From positions 22,382,001 to 22,446,000 of the forward strand of contig OZ024755.1 of the NCBI GenBank assembly GCA_964016885.1: 64,000 bases of DNA. The letters run 5' to 3'. The translations under genes and the position numbers were made by a program. The notes beneath the pieces were generated by a model. That model had not been told where the DNA came from. It was given only the letters and a program-made list of their open reading frames with translations, and searched no databases. Positions 1 to 13,390 of this stretch are shown here, piece by piece; within the stretch, counting starts at the first letter, position 1; each line of letters begins with the position of its first letter. Source of the DNA: Eledone cirrhosa. Lineage: Eukaryota.

Positions 1-471
1 CACTTTACTGACAGCACCCCTGTACATAGCTTGCACTGTCCTCACAAGCCATTCCTCTACACCTAGTTCATATATAGATTATTTTTTTACCAAAAATATA
101 CTGATTTTGATATGTTTTTTTTTTGGGGGGGGGGTTTACATAGTTGTTCAAGATACTATACAAACATGTAATGATACTTTTTGTACGAGAGCATGTATAA
201 CTGCAGTAAATGTTCTATAGATGGATGAATATGTTTTATAATAACAGCCTCCTATCAATGCTATCATCTTTAAATGCAACTATCCAGCCATTTTTTAATC
301 TTATCTATTCCTCCCACCTCACCTTGTCTGTGTGTGTGTGATTAATATATATATAATGATAATTTAGAATAGAGACAGAGAAGGAGAGCAATGAATGATA
401 TACAAGGAGTGATGGGGAGGTGGCAGAGGTGTGGGATGGAGTCAGTGCATGTTAGAAGCTAGGTAACATAC

Positions 472-640
472 CTACACCAAAGAAATATTTTGCAAACTAG
501 ATACTTTACATTGAAAGAATTTGTTGTTTCTTCTTGGTTGTCTTTGAAGTGAGACTGGTTGAAGAGATAAATACAGCTGATACTTTCTTCCATCATCTTG
601 TTTTCATATTGGACCTGTTGTTTACAATGTTCCTGAAACA
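472..640 (-). other. Candidate exon of an unidentified transcript
   Basis: Minus strand reads TTATTTCAG|TGTTTCAGG...TGGTGTAG|GTATGT, with an open frame (FQEHCKQQVQYENK...IFLWCR). No family recognised. Confidence 0.25.
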
Positions 641-1024
641 CTGAAATAATTCATTTGCTATCAGAGGAAGGCTTCAGTTGTAGAATTGTTTCTATTATAG
701 GAACAATATTCCATTCTTAGAAAGGAAACAACAAAAAAATTGATGAAGCAAAACTAAAACAAAAATACTGTTAAAAATAGAAAACATCGTTATTCATTGG
801 ACAAGTTGATTTCTATGCTTGATGTTACTTTACTATGTTGTGAGAAATGTTACAATTTTCAATTATTCATAATTATGTGGCTAATTTTGGTGAAAGGTTT
901 TAGGTTCAGTAGTTTTTCATTGTAGAAGTAATGATATATAAATGGTTCTTTCTTGTTTGGAGTGGTACATTTGATGAAACAAGGTTAAGTTCAGCTTTAT
1001 ATATATGTAATATCAATGAAATTT

Positions 1025-1200
1025 TTCCATTTTTTCACTCTCTGTCTTTTTCTGGAAAGAATCTGCTGTATTCAGACTTAGAGAGGAGATAGGCTCCACC
1101 AGGTTTTAAAAATGCCCAAGATATGCTGTATGTCAATATGGTGCCTCTAAAACTATCAGGAGTTACGGGTCCATACATACAATGTATATTCCATGTTACT
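1025..1200. repeat. Dispersed repeat of unknown family, second copy at ~44400-44550
   Basis: Both loci share ...cactctctgtc(t/c)tt(t/c)tctggaa...aatctgctgtattcagac..gagaggagat..g.ctcca..aggttttaaaa... Confidence 0.6.
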
Positions 1201-1319
1201 TATATTTACAGCAAGGTTGAACTTGGTAATTATTGATTAACTACCATTGCCAGGAACAGATCTACATAACAAAATAACAGGATGTAAAGTACCAATTTAA
1301 AAATGCCCTAGAAACACCA

Positions 1320-1452
1320 TCTATGAGATTTTGATATTATTTATTTTGAGAATAATACCTTAACATAAGCATGAGTAGCCAGTTATAGCCGGTTTAAACA
1401 GAAAGAGGCAAGAGAATTCTGGCCAGATATGGGCGGTTTAAATGGTAAAGAG
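1320..1452 (+). mobile_element. Partial piggyBac-type MITE (same family as 12315-12521)
   Basis: Shares ctatgagattttgatattatttattttgagaa...ttctggcc.gatatgg..gtttaaatg.taaag.g followed by TTAA. Confidence 0.7.
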
Positions 1453-2529
1453 TTAAACTAAACTGATTTTGATTTCTGAGAAAATGCAGAATGCCATTAT
1501 TCTTTGCTAAATCTTAAGGATTCAAGAATTAAAGCAGGATGGTAATCAATAAGATTCTATTTTAGCCATATCAAGATTTAGTGTAGTGTTGTTTTTTTTT
1601 AGCCAATGTATTTTTTAAATCAAATTCATTGACACAAATTTTGGCTTGGCATATCTCGTTTTTTTTTTAAATTATTTCTTTTTATCTATAATTGGAACAG
1701 TGCCTACACTTTCTAAGATATTACAAAAGATCAAAATGATTCAAACTGTTCTCTGACTTTGTTTTAAATTTCATTTACAAGCCTGCCTCTCTTTTAATAA
1801 ATTCTATTTATAATAAATTCTATTTATACTATAGGTGTGGCTGTGTGGTTAAGAAGTTTTCTTTACAGCTACTTGGTTTTGGGTTTTCTCCTGCTGTAGG
1901 ACACCTTGTACAAAAACAAAACAAAACAATACAATGAGAAAACCACCCAAACCATTGGTGCTCTTCAAATGAGGTCCTTTGTGATATATATTCTGCACCA
2001 AATTGCAAACACTCCCTGAAGTCTCTCAGAATTAGAAATATAGTAAACTAATGATTGGTTCACTGGGAACCAATAACTAGCAACAAACACTATTATTCAA
2101 TGATTGCAATGAATTAAAAGAAAACTATAAAATATCACAGTAGCTGATATAGTAGAATCAATCGTAAGAAAGGATTGATTTCTACTTGCTAGTTTTCTCA
2201 CATAATCATTTTAAATGTGTGGTTGTTGATGGCCCTGTTATTGTGGATTGGTCTTAAATTGTATTTAGATTGTTAATTACATGGTAATTATCTTAATTGT
2301 TTCTTGATGTTCCTATGTATTTAAAATACACAGAAGCATACATGCTTTTTTTAAAATTATTTTTGGAATTGAATTTTCATGAAATCTTATTAAGATTTGA
2401 TTAAGTTTTCGGTTATAAATGATGGTGTTATTATATTCAATAATTAATTTTTCCGATCATTAACCTCGTCTTTAGATACAAAAATTGTTTTTGATATTTA
2501 CACTTATTCTATTTTTTTTTTATCATGGA

Positions 2530-2775
2530 GTGGAGGCACATGCCGTGGGTTCAATTTCTGGACTGGGTTGTGTGCTCTGTTCTTGAGCAAAACACTTCAT
2601 TTCATGTTGCTTCTGTATACTCAGCTGAAAATGAGTACCAGCAATAGCTGGGAGTTTAACCCTGTGATGGACTGGCGTCCTATTCAGGGGGAAGTCTTGT
2701 ACTCTCACTCACTTCATGCCTCAGAAACCAGAATAAGCACCGGCTTGATGAGCCTCTGGACTTGAGACAGACTAA
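2530..2775 (+). mobile_element. tRNA-derived SINE (family B), degenerate
   Basis: B-box-like gggttcaatttc followed by ttcttgagcaaaacactt. Related pieces at 50575-50830, 51520-51600 and 58732-58855. Confidence 0.55.
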
Positions 2776-3319
2776 AGAATTTTGGGGTTTTGATAAGAAA
2801 TCAACCTGATTGAAATATTATTTTTATTTTTAACTTTGTAAGTCTTGAGTATAGGGCAGTGTCCCTGGCCTTCACAGCCACCCCCCTCCTCAAGACTTGA
2901 GAGGTCAATATCAATGATGTTCCTCTTAAACTAGTCCACTCCTTTTTAGAAAGATATGAGCAGCGAGGAAGTCACAGAGATGTATCATTCTGGGCAGGAA
3001 GGACTGGGAATAGTTAGTTAATGTGGGGTCTGGAGGTTGACCACAAGAGATTAGAGGGTGAATGACAAGTGAGTCTTGAGTGCCTGAGTGAAGGGGTCAA
3101 AAGACTTACAAGCTATGAGGGACAGAGACCATTTAATCGATAGTAATGATAGAAAAGGCAGAAGGAGGAGACAACATGCCTGTAGGCTGGGAGTACCAGG
3201 GAGTGGTTTTATATTGATATGTCAGGTGATCTTTTTATAAAGATGAGATAAAAGAAATCTCTAAAACTATAATCTTAATACCAAACATTTATCTGAGACA
3301 TTTAACACCTTTCTTTACA

Positions 3320-3440
3320 GACTGAGTTCAAAACCCGCCGAGGTTAACTTTGCCTTTCATCCTTAAGGGGTCGATAAAATAAAGTACCAGTAATACACTG
3401 GGATAATTGCTGGCCTTGTGCCAAAAGTAGAAACAATTAT
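3320..3440 (+). mobile_element. tRNA-derived SINE (family A), 5'-truncated
   Basis: ctgagttcaaa...gaggttaactttgcctttcatcctt...gtcgataaaataaagtaccagtaat...gctggccttgtgccaaaagtagaaacaatt, shared with more than 15 copies in the window. Confidence 0.85.
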
Positions 3441-3461
3441 ATTGTATTATATACATCTTCC

Positions 3462-3462
3462 G

Positions 3463-3496
<34 letters not shown>

Positions 3497-3690
3497 TTAA
3501 CATCCATTTTCCCACACTTGAATGGTTTAGATGGGTAGTCACATTATTAAAACTAGTCAGATCAGGTGACCATGTCATGCTCATACAGATTTGTATTTTG
3601 GTTTGCTCTCAATTGCTGGATGCCCTTCTTAATGCCAACAATGTTAGTGTGGATTGGCACCAAAACAGCTACCTTACAGAGGCAACTGGG
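3462..3690 (-). mobile_element. RTE LINE 3' UTR fragment with (TGA)n tail
   Basis: (cat)n tail followed by tttaacatccattttccc; gctggatgcccttcttaatgccaac matches the reverse complement of 59257-59282. Confidence 0.6.
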
Positions 3691-4305
3691 TGCTTTTTGT
3701 TTACTAATCTGCTTAAGCATGATAGATAAACACCTCATCATTTCACTCATCATTTCTCTGATTTTCATTTTACTTCTCCTGTCATTTACGCACTCTCTTT
3801 GACAACCTCCTATATCCACATTATCTCTTTACCTTGAGAATTAATAAATACACATAGCTAATTATTATATATGGACACTTATCTAGAAAGCAATGTGTAT
3901 CACAAATGGGGTGCCATTTTACTTTTTCTGAGTGCAAATTTGACTATCATTGAGTTTGCCCTTTATGTCAATGAGGGCAATAAGATTAAACCAACAAAGG
4001 AGCCTGTACTTGATCGCTTGATATGCCAAAACTAACAGCCAAGTCTTTCTCAAATCACATTCTCCCATCTTCATAACAGACAAAGAATGCATTATATCAG
4101 ATAACACAGGATGGTCATACTTGGAATGTCCACAGTTATAGGTCTGCTCTATCACCCTTGATCCGAGAGTTAAAGAGCAATAACCACAAAAGATTAAAGT
4201 ACTTGTAATATATTGAAAAATGTAATCAGCTGTACCTTCCAATTGAAAGTTAGAGATCCTTATTATAATATATATTCTATATTCTTTTGATTATGTACAT
4301 ACATG

Positions 4306-4363
<58 letters not shown>

Positions 4364-4789
4364 ATATATATATATATATATATATCATTAAATATTATTT
4401 ATTAAGCACACAGTGAATGCCTTAAGTAAGTACAGTGTCTATGAAGATTAATTCAAACTGTTGTTATCTCAATGTTATAGTATTAATAATTGCTTTCAAT
4501 GTTGATTCTAATGATGGTATGTCAGTTGATATAGAGAGGCTTGGCACAATAATGACATATCCATTCAATTGCTAGTGTAGATTGTGGTGTAGGATATGAG
4601 TAGGGACAGGGGTGTTTTTGCGAGGAGGGGAGAGACTGTTGCTGCTATGTTATTCTGTTTTCTGCAACAACGAAATATTTAATGAGATTATCAGCAAAAC
4701 TATTACCCATTTCAATATCACTGCTACTCTAATTGCTCACAAGCTCACACAAACAGATACATTGTTAAATGGTGGTCACGAATGATTTA

Positions 4790-5600
4790 CTTCATAATCT
4801 GTGTGTGTGTGTGCATGCATACATATATATATATATAAATATACACACATACACACACATGCATATAGACATGTATGCACATACAAATATACACATATGC
4901 ATATATATATATATATACACACACATGCATATAGACACACATGCACATACAAATATGCATATATATATATATATACACATACACACACATGCATACACAA
5001 ATATACACACACATGCATTTATACACACATACACATACACACATGTATCTACACATACATACACACATATCAATGTTATTTGTTTCTGCATTTCTTTCTT
5101 TGACTTTCTGTGTCTCCTGAAATATAAATAATCCCTTCTCATTTCAACTGTTATAATTACACCTGACCACACACACACATGCAGGCAAACACACACATGC
5201 ACATACACATAATTACACATACAAACTCACACGCATGCACACAAACACACACATAGCTGTACAACCGCATAGTTATATCGGCCTAAACACACATGCATGC
5301 ATGCAAATTGCATACACATACTCACTCACTCTCACACAGACATGCGCACACTCTCACACATGCATGCAAACTGCATGCTCATGCACACATGTACACATAC
5401 ACACACACATGCACACATACACACATATAGCTGTACAAACACATAAATATACTTGCTCACACATGCAGGCAAACTACACAGACATGCATATACTCACACA
5501 AACAAACATGTGCACACACTTAACGCTTGCATGCAAACTGCTCACTCACACACACACATACATGTACACAAACAGACACACATAGCTGTGCAAACACATA
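4790..5600. repeat. Compound (CA)n/(TA)n/ATGCAT microsatellite
   Basis: Directly visible low-complexity sequence. Confidence 0.9.
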
Positions 5601-6373
5601 ATTCTATGCACATATCTATTCTACACACAGCCACAGAGGTTCTGCTTTAGCTTTGGCAGCATCACACTTTAAATTGGTAAAGTTCTATTTGTATCCGTTG
5701 GTCTCTGTGATAGTCTGCTTAGGTCACATTCCTATCTCATTGAAAACATGAAAATAAGATAATCAGTTGATGAGGGATGAGATTTACAACATTCTTATAA
5801 CTGAAATTATTGAATAAAGAATGAAATAAATTTTAAAAAAAAACGTATATTTTTAGAATATCTTTAGAGAAACATCTTCAATGCTGATTTTATAAGAATG
5901 GTCAATATGATTGGAAGATTAAACAATAAAAATGTTAAGTCAGACCACAGAATTTCTAGGTATCATTGGTTGGCTTTATATTTGCCATTTTTATTAGAAT
6001 ATATATATATATACACAGTGTACTGTGTATATATATATATATATATATATATGCATTCCCGGTCCCCAGTTATTCACAGAATTTTCCTTAGAACCGAACT
6101 AATAATTGTTCATAGAAACCACTGCATATTCGTGGAATCATAAATATCTTCCACGATTTTTTAATGGCCTTTTATCATGGCAATATATTTTTTTTCACAC
6201 TCTTTAACGTTAAATTATTAATAACAATATACCATATTTGCCGGCCTATATTTTACCTTTTGTTTTGACTTTTATAGGCAATTTTATGGACCATGTCCAA
6301 TATTTGCGGTTTTTCCCTCTGTGTGGGTGTCCTAGGAATGTAACCCCGGGGGACCACTGTTTATATATATATA

Positions 6374-6556
6374 ATCATCATCATCATCATCATCACTGTT
6401 TTGCATCCGTTCTTCCATGCTAGCATGGGTCAGACGGGTTGTCCTGTTGTAGGCAGTGTCCAGTCGGCTGACCTTGTCTTGCTCATACAGGAACTGATTC
6501 TGGCTTGATTTCTACAGCTGGATGCCTTTCCTAACACCAACCTCATTTACAGTGAG
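6374..6556 (-). mobile_element. RTE LINE 3' UTR fragment inserted in (TA)n
   Basis: Near reverse complement of 59240-59412, including the (TGA)n tail; (TA)n on both sides. Confidence 0.85.
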
Positions 6557-7276
6557 TTATATATATATATATATATATATAATTGAAAAGAACGACCCAA
6601 TATAGTGAGTTATAAATGTATATATAGAGTTGAAAAGGAACAAACAAAATACAGGAAGCAATTGTACACAGTTATATTAGGTTCATGCTTGGTGGAAGTG
6701 GAGGAGGTTTCAATGTTTCCAACAGAAGTTCTTCATCAGAAAAGTTCAGATAGGTATGGCACATGTTTCTCAGACATGATGACATCCATAATTTAATTTT
6801 GGTTATATATATGTATATTGATATATAAATGAAAATAAAATTAATGTAAGCAAAATGTAACAATAATTCAGGCATATAAGTGTCTATACGATCAAGATGA
6901 ACATTTTTTAATGTAAGATGAGGGGAAAAAGTAATACAATCTTAATTCAAAACAAATCAAGAAAAACTTTGTCATCAAACTTTGTGTAAGTTTGGGAAGA
7001 AGCAATACAATCTTAATTCAAAATAAAATCAAGAAGTAATACTTAACCATCAATTTGGGGAAAACTACAAATGCACTATATAGTCTTAAAAGACTATTTC
7101 ATGAAACTTTTCAGTGGGGTTAGTCATGGTTGTAGTCGATCTTCAGTAGTGCTCAACACATTAACTAAATCTTCACTGCTAAAATACCGAGGGGAAAAAA
7201 TAATCCACTGAGAGTTAAAAGTAGGCAAGCGACAGCGTGTAGAAATGAAATAACAAAACACACGTGAACACATGGT

Positions 7277-7844
7277 GTATATATATATATATATATTGAT
7301 ATATATAAATATGTAAATATATAAATATGTATATTGATATTTATAAATATATTAATATGTATATTGATATTTATAAATATAATAATATGTATATTGATAT
7401 TTATAAATATATAAATAAGTATATTGATATTTATAAATATATAGATATGTATATTGATATATATAAATATATATATTAAATGGAATAGAATGAAACAAAA
7501 TTTCATTTCTCACTCTTAGTACGGCACTTACTTAAATGTTCGGTAAACTGATACGTGCATATATATATGTGTGCCTGTATGTATATATATACATGCTACT
7601 GTACGTCTGTATACATATATGTATGTACGTATACATACATACTTACATTTAAATATATATATTGATATTTATAAATATATAAATATATATATTGAAATGT
7701 ATAAATATATAAATATGCATATTGTTATGTATAAATATATAAATATATATTGATATGTATAAATGTATAAATATATATATTGATATGTATAAATGTATAA
7801 ATATATATATTGATATATAAAAATCTATATATATATATATATTG
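7277..7844. repeat. AT-only minisatellite/microsatellite (~30-bp units, atattgatatttataaatat...)
   Basis: Tandem imperfect copies visible. Confidence 0.8.
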
Positions 7845-10106
7845 GAATTTAGGAAAGCCCTTCAAGATGTATATGACGAAAAAGAAGACGATTTAGAGAC
7901 GTAGGACATAGATAATAACTGGAATTTCTTATGTGATAACTTGCTGCAGGCTACTGATGAAACTTGTGGCTGGAGCAGAGCTCCAACCAGACAGAGAGTG
8001 ACCTGGTGGTGGAACAGCACAGTAGATAAGGCCATTAGAGACAAAAGACTAGCATGGAAGGCTTGGAAAAAGGGTGGGAGCAGGGAAGAATATACAGCCA
8101 CTAAGAGAGAAGCTAGACGTCATGTGTACTTAGCATGCAGGGAGGCGGAGAGTAGGAGGTTTGCCAATGTTCTGCGATGGGAATATCAGAGGAGTGCGGT
8201 GTTCCACATTGCAAGGCAGTGTGTCAAAGCAAATCAGGATCTTGTTGGAGATAAATGTGTCCGGGATGATGCCGGTGTACTTAGTGTCACGAATGATCAG
8301 AAAAAGGTGGCCTGGAAATGTCATTATGAGAGACTAATGAATGTGGAGAACGAATGGAAGAGAGAGAAATTACCCTTAGTAGATCCGACAGAGGGACCAG
8401 CTATTGAGATTGACGAATATAGGATCCAAGAGGCGATTAAGGAAATGAAAAATGGTAAGGCTGCTGGACCATCGGGAATAGTTGCTGAGATGCTGAAGGC
8501 ATCAGGGGACATAGGCACTAAACTGGTTGCACGCATCATCAATCAGGCTATATATGGTGGTGTCATACCCAAGGACTGGTGCAGCAGTATTCTCATAAAT
8601 TGCTACAAAGGTAAAGGGGATGCTCTGGAGAGGAGCAATTATAGGGGTATAAAACTGATAGATCAGGTTATGAAAGTGGCAGAAAGGATATTAGCACAAC
8701 TAATTAGAGAAAGGGTCAAACTAGATGAGATGCAGTTTGGTTTTGTGCCTGGGAAGAGTACAACAGATGCCCTCTTCTTGGTGAGACAATTGCAAGAGAG
8801 GTTCTTAGAGAAAAATAAGCCACTATACTTAGCCTTTGTTGACCTAGAGAAGGCCTTTGATAGGGTACCCCGATCTGTCATCTGGTGGTCCCTAAGGAAG
8901 CTAGGTGTTGAGGAATGGCTTGTGAGGACAGTGCAAACTTTGTACAGAGGTACTCTCAGTAAAGTCAGGGTAGGAATGGAGTTTGGTGAGGAATTCCAGA
9001 TACAAGTAGGAGTACATCAGGGTTCAGTCCTCAGCCCGCTCTTGTTCATTATAGTCCTCCAAGCCATAACAGAGGAGTTTAAGACTGGCTGTCCATGGGA
9101 ACTTCTCTATGCTGACGATCTGGTTCTTATAGCAGAATCAGTAGAGGAGCTAGAGAATAAATTCTCGCTATGGAAACAGCAGTTGGAATCAAGGGGACTG
9201 AGAGTGAACATAGCTAAGACAAAAGTGTTGATAAGTAGAAGAGAGAACAATACTCTGATTCCATCAGGGAAATGGCCATGTTCGATATGTAGGAAAGGAA
9301 CTGGCATAAATTCCATAAAATATACGCAATGCAGATCTTGGGTACACAAAAGATGTAGTGGGATAGCAGGCAAACTAACAGGTAGGAAAAACTACGTATG
9401 CAGTAGATGTACAGGGAAAGTTGGCAGTAGTAATCACAGTGATAGACACATTTTTTCAATGCAGGTAGGTTCTATAGAAGTGGTTGATAACTTCCGGTAC
9501 CTAGATGATCAGATTAGCATGGGAGGGTGGGGGGTTCTTAGGCCATAGTATATAGAATAAGGACGGGTTGGAATAAGTTTAGGGAGCTGCTTCCTCTGTT
9601 GACGAAGAAGGGTTTCTCCCTGCGTACGAAAGCCGGTTGTATGATGCCTGTGTGAGGAGCGCGATGCTGTATGGTAGTGAGACATGGGCAGCAACTGCAG
9701 AGGATATGCAATGGCTGGAGAGAAATGAGGCAAGCATGCTCCGTTGGATGTGCAGTGTAAATGTGCGTGAACGACCCAGCATAAATGTGTTGAGAGAGAA
9801 ACTGTGTCTGAGAGGGATAGAATATAGTATACGGGAGAGGAGACTGAGGTGGTATGGACGTGTGATGCGCATGGAGGATGACCGAAGGGTGACGAAGTGC
9901 CAAGAAATGCCAGTTGAAGGAAGACGTGGTAGAGGTAGACCACGAAAAACATGGGCGGAGGTGGTGAGAACAGACCTCAGATCATTGAAGCTCACGGTGG
10001 AGATGACGAAGGACCGTGACGAGTGGAGAGATGCTGTGCTGAATAAGACCCGTCCCACCCTTGCAAGCAGGGAAAAGCGGACGTAAAATGGTGATGATGA
10101 TGATTG
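7845..10106 (+). mobile_element. RTE-clade LINE, 5'-truncated (no APE domain), with (TGA)n tail and probable 18-bp TSD
   Basis: RT motifs QFGF, FVDLEKAFDRV, GVHQGSVLSPLLF, LLYADDL; RTE-type C-terminus LYGSETW...RRLRWYGRVMR...GRPRKTW. Tail gtgatgatgatga. ATATATATATATATATTG at both 7827-7844 and 10107-10124 (low complexity). Confidence 0.95.
7941..10086 (+). pseudogene. RTE reverse transcriptase ORF, disrupted
   Basis: The 535-aa ORF ends in a frameshift in the G-run at ~9520-9535. An intermediate frame (RIRTGWNKFRELLPLLTKKGFSLRTK) is preceded by a TAG. A second frameshift at ~9630 leads into ORF 9637-10086. Confidence 0.9.
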
Positions 10107-10736
10107 ATATATATATATATATTGATATATATTGATATATCATCATCATCGTCGTCGTTTAACGTCTATCTTCCACGCTAGCATGGGTTTATTGATATAT
10201 ATTGATATATATATAAATGTATATATATTGATATATATAAATATATGTGTGTGTGTATATATATATATAGTTTTCAAAACATCTATATTTCATCTTTATC
10301 TTTTATGGCATTGAATTGGCTTGTCTCGTAATCAAATTTTATTGATTGATTTGAATTAATGATTAAAGAATTCATTCTGAATTGAATCACCTGTGTAGAA
10401 TAATATATGTATAGATGTCGAGTATTTTGCTATTGGTCTGGCTGTCTATTTACTAGTAAGTTTCTGATAATCAGGTTGAAAATTACCTATCTAAAATTAC
10501 TGGCATATTGATTATTTACTAAAATGTATGAAGTATTTTTAGTGAGAACTCACTGAAAGATAACATTTCTTGTCTTGTCTATATTATGGCTTTCCTTCCG
10601 TGCCACAGCATGAAGTTGGAACAAATTAATATTTTGGAGCAACAAATAGGAAGTGCTAAGTCTGGCTATGGTTTTTCGGTTAAATTTTAGAATCGTATTG
10701 ACGTGGATATCTTCTGGAGGTTCATGGACTAGATTG

Positions 10737-10782
<46 letters not shown>

Positions 10783-10949
10783 TATCTATATATATTTACT
10801 ATCACTGTATATTTTATACTTTACAAATGAATATATATATTTACTATCACTGTATATTTTATACTTGACAAATGAATATATTTTATTTCTTTTGTCAGGC
10901 CTGTGTGTAGAGAAAAGGAACAAAACAATAACAAAATAATGATAATAAT

Positions 10950-11240
10950 AATTGTTTCTACTTTTGGCACAAGGCCAGCAATCATCTCAGTCCATTATCG
11001 ACCCCATAAGAATGAAAGGCAAAGTTAACCTTGTGATTCCTACTATAGGCACAAGGCCAACCATTTTTCAGGGGTGAGGGAAATGCCGATTAAACTGACC
11101 CCAGTGTATGACTAGTACTTTATTTCATCGACCCTGTAAGGATGAAAGGCAAAGCTAACCTTGGCAGGATTTGAACTCAAAATGTAAAAGACTGTAACTC
11201 TATGCTGCAAAATATGGTGTCTGATGTTCTAAATAATAAT
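10950..11240 (-). mobile_element. Two stacked family-A SINE copies (one partial)
   Basis: Reverse complements of the family-A core (atcgacccc.taagg/aatgaaaggcaaag.taacctt). Confidence 0.8.
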
Positions 11241-12314
11241 CTGCTAGACACAAAGTATAAATTGATGGGGGCAGATAAGATAAAGTTAATTGTTCCTTCC
11301 TTTTACCCCACCATCAACTGAAATGTTTCTGTAGTTCAGAATATGAGGAGTGGGATGAAAAATCTGGTTTATAAAAAGCACATCAAACGCAGTCTTAATA
11401 ATGGCAGGCTGTCTCGTTATTGTGGATACATTACATGTTAGGGACTACTGCTTTACAAGACATTAGGAAGGCTACTTCGAGCAGAGCCATTTATAATAAG
11501 CACTGATAATTTATCATTAATGAGCTACTAGCAGACATAGTGTTAAAGCACTCCTTGAGTTAAGTGCAACACTTATTATTCAATTTAGAGTCCTATTTTT
11601 TTTGTTGTTATTTACCCCTCCTTTTACAACATACTTTATAACAGACATAAATCTATCCATATAACTAAACCACCCTTATAAATATAAATACCTGGCTGAT
11701 GGCTTGCATTCTAGGATAAATCAAGGCAACAAATGACAATGCATATATAAAATCAATATGATTTTACTAGTGTAGTCACCACCTTAATATTGATGAACCA
11801 TTAGTAACTTTGTTGATTTTTATGTTTTTAGTTTTATGTCCGAAACGATTGGTAGATTCATATTAATGGATTTCTCCACCTGGTTTGTTTGTTTTTTTTA
11901 ATTTGTTCCTTTTCTTTAACACATGAGCACTTTTATATGATCGATTGCTTTTCAGTACTATTTTTTTTTTTTTTACCTATCTTTTATGTAGTGTGTCATG
12001 TGTGTATAATACTATATGTGTGTATAATACTTTCTGCTTTTGTGTTTTTGTTGTTTTTTTTGCGGGGTGGGGGAAGAAGTGCATGGGGTGATGTGAAACA
12101 CTGTGGTTGGAAAGTTAAGTTGCTGCAATACTGGTCACAATGTCATACATTTAAATCCTCCTCAGCAAGGCACTTAATTCTACTAGTATTTTTATATTAG
12201 TTGAGTGGTCAATGGTAGGAATGTTATCCAGCTTTAAAAATGATCATTTCAGCCATAGAATCTCAGCCATGCCAACATGGAAAAATAAGAATAAAAACAG
12301 TTAGTTATCTTTAA

Positions 12315-12521
12315 CCCTTTAGCATTTACATTACTCTGTATTTACTATTATATTTTCACTGTAAGCACTTTATCTCACGTAATATAAAATCTATGAGATT
12401 TTGATATTATTTATTTTGAGAACAATACCGTAACATAAGTATGCGCAGCCGGTTATAATCAGTTTGAACAGAACGAATGAGAGTATTCTGGCCGGATATG
12501 GCCAGTTTAAATGCTAAAGGG
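12315..12521 (+). mobile_element. piggyBac-type MITE, 207 bp
   Basis: TTAA|CCCTTTAGCATTTA ... TAAATGCTAAAGGG|TTAA: 14-bp TIR, CCC/GGG ends, TTAA TSD. Confidence 0.9.
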
Positions 12522-13224
12522 TTAAGCTGCCCAAGAGAATTTTTAGCTGGCTAGTTTATATTAAAAGAGTGTTATATAGCAGCTTAAAAGTCTACAGTTC
12601 ATATCCTATTAGTTATTTTAACTTTGTACAGTTGACAGAAACAATTAACTTCATGCATGGCTCAGTCATGTGTCCATTGCTGTTATAAATGAATAATATA
12701 GGAGGTAGTTGGGGTTTAGTGAACAGCTGTAAGTTACACAAAGTAATTGTATCATTAATGGGTATTTTGTTAGTTACATTATTGAGATAAAATCTTCTCA
12801 TAAGTCCAGCAGAAGTAGAAAGAAAACATTTTTTTTCTTTACTGTTTATTCAGGGAGTGAAGGGTTTGTTGACATTTTCAATGATTCTGAGACTGGTAGG
12901 AGGGAGGGGGAGAATATCCTTACACTAGATACTGTGTTCAAATGCCTGCAACAGTGTGGACTCTGCTAAAGGCACCCAATAGCCAAGTGGTGGCATTAGG
13001 CAGATAAAGTCTATTACCCAGAGCAGCGTTTGAATTAATGTATGGTTTGATTAAATTCTTAAATCCCTGAGATGAGTTGTCATTAATAAGATTATAATCT
13101 TATCAATCCATTTTAGATTTTTTCTGAATCACTTTTTAAAAATCCAAGTGTTCATTGCTGATCCAATAATTCAGGAACTTACAGGATCCTAATTACCAAG
13201 TTTAATTAAATCAATGCTGCTGCT

Positions 13225-13390
13225 GCTGTTTTTTTTCTTTTCCTCCTCTGCAACCCACTTATTCCTGGTAGGGTTGTGCGGCCAGTGTCCTCAAACACTC
13301 CTTCCAGTGGGTCCTGTCAGAAGCAACTGTCTCCAATTGATCCGGCTGGAGTTGGTTTTGCCCTTAAAATCTGTCCACCGATTCTTTCCT
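13225..13390 (-). mobile_element. LINE 3'-end fragment with A/GAA-rich tail; related copy at 33005-33122
   Basis: Both share attcctg..aggg...cag.gtcctcaa..ctccttc..gtgggtcctgtcaga.gcaac..tctccaa.tgatc. Confidence 0.55.

Noticed and set aside
7088-7116. Minus-strand CTGAAAA..GAAATAGTC hammerhead candidate
   Set aside because: C3-A8 mismatch and no stem I or II.
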